DNA of 64,000 nucleotides from Azolla caroliniana. Lineage: Eukaryota > Plantae > Polypodiophyta. Below are positions 41,401 to 51,700 of the stretch, piece by piece. Under the pieces are notes generated by a model. The model saw only the letters and a program-made list of their open reading frames with translations, did no database searches and was not told the DNA's origin. The translations under genes and the position numbers were made by a program. Each line of letters opens with the position of its first letter. Positions within the stretch are counted from its first letter, which is position 1. Location: assembly GCA_043228905.1 (NCBI GenBank), contig JBHGNT010000001.1, positions 248,001-312,000 on the forward strand, in the 5' to 3' direction.

Positions 41401-44400
41401 TATGTAGTCTTGATTTGCACCTTGGAATTTGTCAGTTGTACAAAAGAGGCTGTGTGTCACTCAGTTTGAAGGCTGTGTGTCAATTTGACAAAAGAGGCCT
41501 TTATATAGTCTCCTTTTCCATCCACCATTAGTTATGCATCATAAAGCAACTGATATCAGGAATCATTCAGCTAAAATGTAGGTGATCAATTACTAGTTTG
41601 ATTTGGTCAATGTAATATCCTGCAAATTACCTTAATCTACGTGTGACATCAGTTTGTTTCCCTAATCACTCTTTTTTATTCTATCCAGGTACCTCAAGGT
41701 GAGGAACTTGAACCTGGTGATGGTAGCTTCTTGATGCATTTATTGAGACGCCACCCATCCGAAAGGACACATGATACTTTGAGGCAATCTCAGGCTACTG
41801 GGATAATTTATCCAGACTTCAGGATGTTGGGAGGGCAGGTGGGTAATGATAACCAGGTTACTATGCCAAGGAGGTTTTACCTTTTGCAAAGGTTTTTAGA
41901 ACATAGGTTTATGCTTGAAGAAGATCATCATCAACCACAAGAGGTAACCTATCGACCCTTCTTCATTTAGTGGATCTATGATTAATTAACATTCGCAGTC
42001 TTCTAGGTTAAAGGTTCTTTTATTTTAAGATTAATTTCACTAATATGCAGTGCATTTTCTCTTATTTTACATGATTTTATATGGCGCCATTGTTTTGTAG
42101 GTTTTTTTTCTAGCACGTTACAGAGTAAATGACTGTGTTCTTTTATTCATTCTCTTCTGTCTTTGAATATGATGATGTCACACAATGATCTATCTGCTTA
42201 AGTTAAGATCTTTGTTCAGGCAAGTTAGAGAGTCATATTAAACGAACTCTAAGAAAGATGTAAATAGAAGTTTTGACATTGAATTGCAGTCAGGTGGGCT
42301 CAGTTTCTCACAACGAGCATTGCAGTATCTTATACGACTTTCATCAACAGCAAGAAACAACCGTGCACTTGAAGGTATATTTTCAGCTTCTGTGATCACA
42401 AGCACATAGCCATGTACACACATACAATTCTGTGGTTTCTGTTATGTGTAGATTTTTCAAAAAGAGAACATGCTCATCATTCCCCTTTTTTTATATCGTT
42501 GTATCTTGAGAACATTAAGATGCAGAGGATCATAAAAACTGTTTTATGAAAAATATTCGACATACTATAGTTGAATGGAGGTTATTGTGCTCTCTGCTGT
42601 AGAACATTTTTTGCGTTCATGGGGCACCTTTCATGGTTCTCCTCAAGCCTGCATCTATTAACCCGTTTGCAATATACTTGGCACCACTATCATAATCAGT
42701 TGTGAAAATGTTTCTTATGCATTTTCAAACAGATTATCAGCTGTGGTGCTTGAAGTTGCTAATTAAGAAAGCAGATTAGATTAGATTTTTTATCATACAC
42801 GGGGAAGGCCAATTTTCACTTATGGGACCGAATAAGCTTATCATTGTGTATGTGGCTCCTTCCTAAGAAGGGAGGGGGGGTTACCACTGTGCAGTAAAAC
42901 TCTCTAGTTTTAGAGAGAGATGTTAACATCCATGAAGAGGCCAAAATGGCCTATAAGACCAAACAAGAGATCGCATATTAAAGTGTTGTCTCATCTTTGA
43001 AAACAACAAACCAAGATAAATGTAACTAACTAAAATAGATGTAACTAAATGAAAAGTAAATAAAAATAAAAGTGACTAAAGAATCCTGCGAAAGAATCCT
43101 GTTGTCTACACATGTGAGATTCTCAAGTCAAATATATTGTAATCTTTGTGTTGACATATCTATAGCATATTTTCAACCCAGAATGGAGAGATCTCCGAAG
43201 TGAGGGAAGCATTTGTAATGGTGTGACATAATGGCCTTTATTTGCTGATGACAAAGGTAGCGAGATTATAATCCAGAGGCTGCATCCCCACTTGTGTATC
43301 TCTGGATTGACTGGTAGCATGAGTAGTAGTGATGGGGCTAAAGAAACTTGTGATTGCTCTTTGTTATTGAGCTTGTGTGGGTGTATTGTTGTACTTTAAT
43401 AACAACTTCTCTGTGCATCTCTTGAGTTCTAACAAGAACAGCCCCAAGCACCATTTGTCCTCATATTCCATTACCTTGCGTAGTGCGCCAAAGCCTTGGT
43501 TAAAGAGGCAATGTTTTCTCCCTCTTATGTCATAAAAAACTGTACAGTGCCAATCATAGTGTTCTTCAGATTCCATTTCCTGATGATGCACTTGTCAAAA
43601 TTCTTTCTTCCAGAGATGTGCCTGCATATCTACCTACCTCAATCTATATCTAATGTGATGAGGTGCGCAACTGCTCTATCACACCATGCAGCACATGGGA
43701 TAGATGTATGTATAAGACGGCTTGATGATGAATCTGTCCTCCAATGTGTGTAAAAAGTGTTGACTTATAGTGGGTCATCTTCTACCAAGAGATGTTTTGA
43801 GGCTGATCCATGTTTTCTGTTATGTAAGTTGATAATATCAATTCAGGTCACTGTATTATGTTCTGTGTTAGTCATGTTTGGATGGGAACAATCCAAGATA
43901 CATGCCATGTGACTAAAAACCACTTGTGTCTCAACATACCAACAATGATTCTCTCGTTTAGAGAGCTCCCAAAGCTGTTGGATCTTGTCACTGATGGGAA
44001 TAGTGCTTCGGTATTATTGACTTCCATCTTTGCTCAAATTATATCATGGGCCACCAATGCTTTGCTCCTTATCATGTGGGGCAATCATTGAGACTAAAGG
44101 TCTCTCCAATTTTTTTCAGTTTTATGCCTTGTAAAGACTTGGTCCCCAGATTTGTACTCTGTGAGAAATGTATCAATTATCCACAATAGTTAGTGGCTCA
44201 TGGAACTGGATCCAAAGTTGTAAATCCCTTTCAGAAATGTCCCTGTCGAGCTGAATAGCAGGCATTCCTCTCTGCTCATACACTCAATTCTGACTCTAGG
44301 ATTGAGCCGTATAGTTAGGCAAGTAATGGCCAACCATGATTGCTCTATAATTTCTCGGTATTGTGGCTCTCTGCCTTTGAAGATTGGTAGAATGGTAGTT

Positions 44401-45307
44401 TCTGTCCAGCTGGTAGGGAAACCTTCACACATAGCTCTATTAAAGATGTTCTAGCAACGTGAGCAAGTTGTCTTAGGCATAGAGAGGTACTCACCTACTA
44501 ATGCATCATGTTCTTGGGCCTTCCCAATTGTAACTGATTAATTACTCACATAGAGAGGATTAACTTCTTTCAAGAGACCAAAATGGCCGATAAGACCTAA
44601 CAAAAGATTACATCGTATGTGTTGTCTTGTCTTTGAGAACAACAAATCAAAATAAAATAAATATCTCTAAGAAAATATAAAAGTAAATAAAATAAAAAGA
44701 GACGAAAGAATCTGGTTTTCGGCACATGTAAGATTCTCAAGTTAGATATATTATAACTTTTGTCTTCAAAAGATCTCTAGCATAGGTCAATCTAGAATGA
44801 AGAAGTCTCCAAAGAGAGGGAGGGAAGCGCATGTGATGGTGGGAGATAATGGCCTTTATCTGTTGATGACAAGGGTGGGTGAGGTTGTATGACCAAGTAA
44901 TCTAGCATAGAACATAGAGAGAAAGCAAGAAAGATATATTAACGTCTTTTAAGAGGCCAAAATGGCCTATAAAACCAAATAAGAGATTACATCTTACGTG
45001 TTATCTCGTCTTTGAGAACAACAAAGCAAAATAGAATAAGTATTACTCAGTAATATAAAAGTAAATAAGATAAAAACAGACAGGAATCTAGTTTTCAGCA
45101 CATGTGAGATTCTCAAGTTAGATATATTGTAACTTTTGTCTTTGAAAGATCTCTAGTATAGGTCAATCTAGAATGGAGAGGTCTCCAAAGCGAGGGAAGC
45201 ACCTGCGATGGTAGGAGATAATGGCCTTTATCTGTTGATGACAAGGGTGGACAGATTCTATTATCTTCTTCAGAGACTCTCAATGTTCAAGAACTTTACC
45301 AATGAAT

Positions 45308-45358
<51 letters not shown>

Positions 45359-46143
45359 TACTGTTTTAATAGTTGGGCATAATGAAGGATCTGGCATAGA
45401 GCATGGCCACATTTTACAATGCTCGTACAACAAACTTGCAGTTGGAAGCTCCTCGTTAGAGGCAAACATCATTGGATTATGGAGTGGGAGTTATGGTCCA
45501 CATGGTATTGAAATTATCAACGTCACACATACTGATGAAGGGATTGTTGGAACCAAAGTTTTAGGTATAATGCAGCATAATATAGTCAAAATAACATTTA
45601 ATATTATTGCTCAATTTATCTTGAGATTTGGTGGATAAAAGACAAAGTAAGATTTGGTATCTAGAGCGTATGTCTCATCAAATGAAAAAAATGATTGTGT
45701 CAATAGGTGACCCAAATGTCCCATGTGGCCAGCCAACTTTTAGAGTTGATATCTCAATGGAGGCATCGGAGGTTCCAGTAGAATTACAACAAATAGTCGA
45801 TCTTCAGCTAAGCACAGGTCCAGAACATTTCAACATAGCCAAAGTGTAAGAAAAACATTCAAGTAGCAGTTTTGTGTAGATGAACACCATTTATAATTCT
45901 CTCTTCGTATTTAGTTATAGATGAATCTAACCCTAAATCCTAAATTTGTACAGATATACAGGTGAAGGACGGATTGCAGGTCACAACTTCAGGGATCCAT
46001 CATGGGTTCCGGGTCATTTGCTTGTAAGTGAGAGAGGAGAAATTGCTTTCTTATGGGAGGATATCAATCTTGTAGTTCTTTTCCATAAGATCGATCTGGC
46101 ACTATTTTGTGAATCTCAGAATCAACTGCCCAGAATATTATAA
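37071..46143 (+). CDS. F-box protein with C-terminal cyclin-D1-binding/DUF3506 domain (At5g39450/FBXO31-like), 8 exons
   Basis: Exons 37071-37430, 37933-37978, 38734-38906, 41689-41943, 42290-42374, 45373-45564, 45707-45845 and 45954-46143 are phase-consistent. N-terminal F-box LLSLPLDPLLTLLSFLDPKDLLQLASSC...W; C-terminal GLWSGSYGPHGIE...TKVLGDPNVPCGQPTF...YTGEGRIAGHNFRDPSWVPG. The exon 5 acceptor is the least certain boundary. Confidence 0.85.
37449..37495. repeat. (CATA)n microsatellite at the start of F-box intron 1
   Basis: Direct reading; a similar tract sits in RPT5 intron 1 at about 22846-22890. Confidence 0.9.
39565..39901. repeat. Direct duplication of about 155 bp (39565-39721 and 39748-39901) in F-box intron 3
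   Basis: TCTTGGTAAATGAGACCACTTTGTCATTCTACT...GTTATCAGTGGGCCTGGTAAATCAGATTACATG...CTCATGCTAAGAGGATATT occurs twice. Confidence 0.9.
40279..41095 (+). mobile_element. 5'-truncated LINE (RT C-terminal Zn-finger region, 3' UTR, (TTTC)n tail) in F-box intron 3
   Basis: Open ORF 40308-40784 (LRTSSHQLQIEVGRY...ERICQLC...ESEEHYVCHC...IR) is a typical non-LTR RT C-terminus. It ends in an AGGCCGTTTTGGCCT hairpin and TCTTTCTTTCTTTC. Confidence 0.85.
42930..44530 (-). mobile_element. Internally deleted LINE of the same family in F-box intron 5
   Basis: ORF 44190-44432 (EGFPTSWTETTILPIFKG) is the RT N-terminal region, and ORF 43364-43591 parallels 40308-40784. The reverse-complement 3' hairpin GAGGCCAAAATGGCCTA is at about 42937. 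Confidence 0.8.
44565..44880 (-). mobile_element. LINE 3'-UTR fragment, same family
   Basis: Reverse complement aligns by eye with 40780-41070. Confidence 0.75.
44920..45250 (-). mobile_element. LINE 3'-UTR fragment, same family
   Basis: GAAAGATATATTAACGTCTTTTAAGAGGCCAAAATGGCCTA... is the reverse complement of the family 3' end and extends to GATGACAAGGGT at about 45248. Confidence 0.8.
45311..45354. repeat. (GA)n microsatellite just upstream of the F-box exon 6 acceptor
   Basis: Direct reading. Confidence 0.9.
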
Positions 46144-46749
46144 ATTTGTAAAAAAGTTTAACCCTTTCTCAATGTAACCACGTAAACCATATCCTTGATA
46201 AAGCTGATATAGTCTGTGTAGTTATACGGAAAAGCAATTTGTTTGTTTTCTATAAATATAATGGCAAACGCTGTCATGACACAAGGTAAAAGTATAACGT
46301 TAGCCTTGCCATTGTTATAGAGTTTCGCCTTTAATCGCATTACTTTTCAATTTATTATTATAAGATTCTTCTCTCTAGAAATTACTTGAAGCTTCTAAAT
46401 TCTCATGTATTGATTAATAAGTCGATTATAAAATGAATTCATGCTTTAAATGTGAAGGATTAAATAGGCCTAGACTTCGGGTGTTCTTCTCTCCTCAGTG
46501 AAGTCAGAGACCTCTCTCTGCGCTGTCAGTGCGACCTTTCTTGAATAAAACTAGAATCGATTTTATCAAAGTGATTCATCCATTTGGTCTTTTTAGGAAC
46601 CAGAAGAAATGAAAATGCTTTATTGGTGCCCTAATTAACCATGGACACATTGCATCTATCATGCAGTGCAGTGAACATAAATATTGAACTCCGTATCAAG
46701 TGGGCAATCATGCAGGTTTCTCCAGATTTCTCCAGTTTTGTGCACTATG

Positions 46750-47220
46750 AAGGCATGGAGAAAAGAGTTGGTGTTATAATTATAAGACCATCCCCACAAG
46801 AAATCCAAACATAGGTAGACTTGCATGCTATCAACACAGATCAGAATGACTAATTTGGCTAGGCTTGTGAGTGGATCCTTATTTCACTCCAATTGTGCTA
46901 GCTAGGTTGTGCCTGTTGTCATCAGCAATAGATCAAGGTGACCAATTTATCCATGCAATGACATGCCCCATTCAAACAAAGACCAAAGTGAGTGGATGAG
47001 AGTGGGCATCCGTGTTCGAGTCCAATTGTGCACCGTTCCTAGATTCCAAATATCCCTTAAGGCTTGAGTCTTGTATGTAGCACAACATGCAAGAACTTTT
47101 GGAAAACCAGACGGCAACAATAGATTCCCATCTTATGGGCTATTCGATCGTCAATAAGGAAGAATTGTGAAGTACAAGATTACATTCACCTGTTCTCAGC
47201 CACGAAAGATTTACAAATAA
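46750..47220 (-). mobile_element. Degenerate LINE reverse-transcriptase fragment (intergenic)
   Basis: The minus strand reads IYCC...FQK (YCCFVDF.KAFD-like) near 47125-47095 and LASTIGVK*G (IGVKQG) near 46905-46876. Confidence 0.55.
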
Positions 47221-47502
47221 ATTAGGATGTCTTCAACTCAGTTTTCAATCTTTCTTTATAGCACGGATAGAAAAAGGAAAAATCTATCAGATTTATGGAG
47301 TGATTTGCAAACGAGTTTCTTGCTTTTGTGAGGGGAGTTGGTATAGGCTTATCCATATCACGGTTCGATAAGGAATCTATATATATTTATTTTTATTCCA
47401 TCCTCAATAAGGAAGTAATAATATCCTTCATCGCGTCCCATTGGCTTAGGGGCAATGTCATATAAATAATATCAAGTTTCATTTTTTGACTAATATGTTA
47501 AA

Positions 47503-47576
47503 GCTTCAGTAGCTCAGTTGGTTAGAGCGTATGGCTGTTAACCATAAGGTCGGAGGTTCAAGCCCTCCCTGGAGCG
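47503..47576 (+). tRNA. tRNA-Asn(GTT)
   Basis: Cloverleaf with acceptor GCTTCAG/CTGGAGC, anticodon loop CTGTTAA and T loop TTCAAGC. A TTTT terminator lies at about 47601-47604. Confidence 0.96.
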
Positions 47577-48063
47577 AAATTACAACCAAGAGATTCTCCC
47601 TTTTGAGAGGTTTACAATATGTATTTCCATATTTATTTAGTTTCTCCCTCAAACTTGTAATATGCGACGGAAATATTTGGGAGGCTACCCTAATGCTTAC
47701 AAGTTCCATCTAAGAACATTCATATCCATGGAGAGGTCTGGATGAGAAAAATGTGGAAGCTCAAATATGAGGACATCTTATCACACGTATTGTTTGTTCT
47801 TTCTATATCCATGTCATGCCTTAACCATTAAGTTCACGTTTCAAATACCCAACACGTTTATGCACGTGATGGGTTCTCAATTTGAGCTTACAATATATGA
47901 ATTTAGGGCTTACATTTATGCATGCCTTGGGGTCTCATCAGAGTTCACAATATATGAATTCAGGATTTACATTTCATGTCATGGGTTCTCGTGTTTTAAC
48001 CCTAGGATATGCCTTATTTTTCGCAGATGAAATTTATATGTTTTCAGATGAAACTACCTCTCA

Positions 48064-48392
48064 TACTTTTACATGGTTGACATACAAATCATACTGTCAA
48101 ATTTAGCCATATGAATGTAGTAACAGAGACCAAATCAGAGGATTGATTGTTAACTGCAACAGCTCGTGTGCCACACTTTTTACATGGTTGACATAGATAT
48201 CAATCATACTGTCAAATGTAGCCATATGAACTAGTAATGTCTGAATATAACAAATCTGAGGATTCATGATTAAATGTAACAGCTCTCATGTGCAATATAT
48301 GCTTTTACGTGGTTGAACATAGAAAACAATCCTACTGTGAGATGTATCCATCAGAATGAAGTAAAGAGAACCAAACCAGAGGACTGATTGTT
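48064..48392. repeat. Three diverged tandem units of about 115-125 bp downstream of the RST1 stop
   Basis: CTTTTAC.TGGTTGA.ATA...ATC.TACTGT..AT.TA.CCAT...CAAA.C.GAGGA occurs three times. Confidence 0.8.
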
Positions 48393-48764
48393 ATTGTATA
48401 CTACAAAGCAATTCATGTTGCTTGGGACCAAAAGGGATTACATAAACCAAGCGCTAGAGATATGGCATTCTAAACAATCAACTTATGAAAATTTCATTCC
48501 ATAGAATATATATATTGGGATCATTTCATAGGAGCAGATTGTAGGAGTCATCCCTCCGAGGGAGAGGGAAAGTTGTGCATCATGTTTAATCCTCCTATTG
48601 AATGTGGCCTATTCAAATGTTAATGAATTCAACGTGCAGTCATAAAATAAATGTATCTAAATCTCACTCCTTTATCGCTAGTTGTAACAAAAGCTTTTGT
48701 TATCTTATATTGAGTTCGTTTTGCTAATGGGTTTCATAACCCTGAAATATTGCAGCCCTCGAGT

Positions 48765-51700
48765 TCAAAAACAATCACAGAGTTTCAGACGATCCACCAA
48801 AGGCAGATCTTTACTCATGGCTATGCACGCCCTTTTTATATAATACAACCCAGACCCTGGTTTTCTTGAACCACTGTGAAATTTATCCAGCAATACCACC
48901 AGTTTCCACAGTATAGGTTTAGCAGAAAATCTCCAGCTCTCTTCAGACAAGAGTAAGGGCAGTGTGAATGGCATGAGTTCCAGTATCTTCTGTGAATCTA
49001 GGATGATCACAGGAGCAAATGAGCACCAACTACTTGCAAGCAGCGCTATGAACAACAAACCCTGCAAAGGTTCACAAGAAGATAGCCATTTAGAAACTGG
49101 AGTAACAACTCTTCAAATTATAGGGGATTTTTTATCAAACCAAACAGAACTAACCAATTCAGGGTCTGTGAATGAGCAGGCTGTTTCGATAGCCTCAATC
49201 AGAAACCCTTCTCTCTCTTTCTGAGGCATTTTATCCAAGGATAATGTGACCCACAAAAGCTGCCTAAAAGTATCTGTTGTGTAATCAAAATGAAAATATT
49301 TCTTTATTCATACTTCAAAACAACACATTTTGTTCACAATAGCAGAAAACGCAGCTTACCAGATGAACTTTCTTGCTGGCAAAGCCACCTCAGAGGTTTC
49401 CAAAGAGTTGGAGGTGTCAATCTACATCGGGCCACCAACTGGGAAAGAATATAAACAGCTTTAACAGCAGAAATCTCATCCGTTTTTGTCACTGGCCTTT
49501 CTTTCCAATCAAACTGTAAACGGAATCAAACATTATGACTATATAAGTCTTTGCACCCTTTAGAAAGATACACTAACCACGAGTCACTAACCTGTGCTAC
49601 TTTAACTATCCATCCTGTTGATGCAAGAGACATGCATTCTAATGCTTCTGTCCATTTCATAGAAGCTAGATTTGTATTCCTGGTATTTAGAGGAGAATCA
49701 AGCAGTTCGATGCATTTCTCAGAGGCTACGAAAAGGCTATCTGGATTGATTTCACTGCCTTCCTTATATATTCGAGTTAGAAGGCCTTTGAAGCCCTTCC
49801 AGAAATTAATTTCTGAATCTTCATTTAAACCTGGATCAATATTCCTGTGTCTACATATAAATGATGCACTATCATTGAAAAACTTTTCAAGGCGATGCCT
49901 AGAAAATATGGCGCTCAAATCAGCAATGTGCAACATGAGCACACTACTCACACTCTTCTGTACGGATATGAGCCGTGAAAGATCACAAATTTCATCAAGG
50001 AAAATCTGTAAGTTTGAGAGCTTGCAAGCATGTGCAAGAGCAAAGAGGATGCATTCTTTGCAAAGCTCATCTTGCATTATGTGAGTATGATCTTTGTCAA
50101 CTGATCCTAAAGCTTTCATGTGCTGTAACATCTGACGCATCACAGTACCCCAATCTAGGTTTGGTAACTGGGGTGCCTCTTTCAGACAGCGTAAGATAGA
50201 GATTGCAGTTGCATAAGGGTATGCAGTGTCTACCTGTTTGAAATCATAAGATAAACTATGAATGATTTAAAGAATAGATGTGGGATTACTAATCAGTTGA
50301 TATTGAATATGTCACATAGGGTAAAACGAACATATAACTGACATGGGTATTTCGGATATCTAGAAGTAAAGAAGATAATATGCGTAGAGTGCTATCCTTC
50401 GGAAGACTCCCAAGCGTTAACGGGTATGGGTTCATATGATTGGTATTAGAAATATCATCATGCTCTAGATCCTTCTTTTCCATGGATATCTTTCTGATAA
50501 GTGCCAAGGCCCAACCAGCACCTGATTTGAGTGAGGGTTTTACTTCTTGGAGAAAAACATTAAGAAGATGCTGAAGTAACTCCTGGACAATCACTTTGCA
50601 ACTGTTGGAATACAGAAGGGGAATGCACACTGTCGATTCTGCATCATCCTGGACAAGAAATGTTAAATCGAGAAATTATATTTATTTACTCCTGGAAATT
50701 TACACCTTATTAGATTTGCAGTCTGTAGACAATATATTAACAACTCTAATTGATTCAAGTTTTTAGATATTACTTCATTTATTGCGCTTTGATATGTATC
50801 TGAAGAATATTGCTATCATGATGTTAGTTGTTTAGAGGATTCCAGGTACTGTAATGTTTCTTGTTATATATATATATATATATGAAGAATACTGCTGTTC
50901 CAGGTTCTAATGGATGTCTCTATTTTTTCCTCTATAAAAATATCAATGTGAGCATAGTACAGTACCATAATGATAGCACAAAAAGGAATAGAAGTTCAAC
51001 AAACCAACCATTGCCTCTGATAGATGTTTTAATATGTCCATTCTATGATGTCGCATGGGAGACACATGTCCACCACCGCCATGAAGAATATTTGATAAAC
51101 CTATGAATGCCCCCAAGGTTGCCAACCCACAGTCCTCTACTGATATCCGTTTCATAGCTGCAATAACTAAATTAATGTCTTCTAAGCATAGCTTGAAGGT
51201 TCCATCCTGCAGTAGCGTTGCAATGAAATTCCCTGATCCAATACATGCTGCCATTTTCAGCTCATCTGGAATATTATTATTTTGTAAGCAAACTTTCATA
51301 AAGTGCTTTACATCCGCAAACCCTCCCTCCACCTTTTCTGTTGAAATTTCTAATCGGAGACATGGCTCAACAAATGTCGGTAATGAGAGGAAAGCTCCTA
51401 CAGCAAATAAACGAGAACATTCTTGATCATCTTCCCTTATTATGGCATGAATCCCATCAATCATAACTTCAACGATATGGCTGACAGAGTTTAAATCTCC
51501 AATTCTCTCCCAAGATATGGTTGTGCATGCAAGGGCAATACATAGTCCACTCACTGTCCATATGCATTCATTATCTTCAGAGGAAAAGCTTTTAATTTCT
51601 GGAAAATAAAGACCTTCTTCATAGCCCGAACATTCCACACCAACAGGTAAAACTAGTTTTTCCCACTTCAGAAACAAATTTGGGAACCAGACTGAAAACA

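Noticed and set aside
47014-47023. Pol III B-box-like GTTCGAGTCC suggesting a tRNA or SINE
   Set aside because: No cloverleaf or convincing A-box, and it lies within a minus-strand RT remnant.
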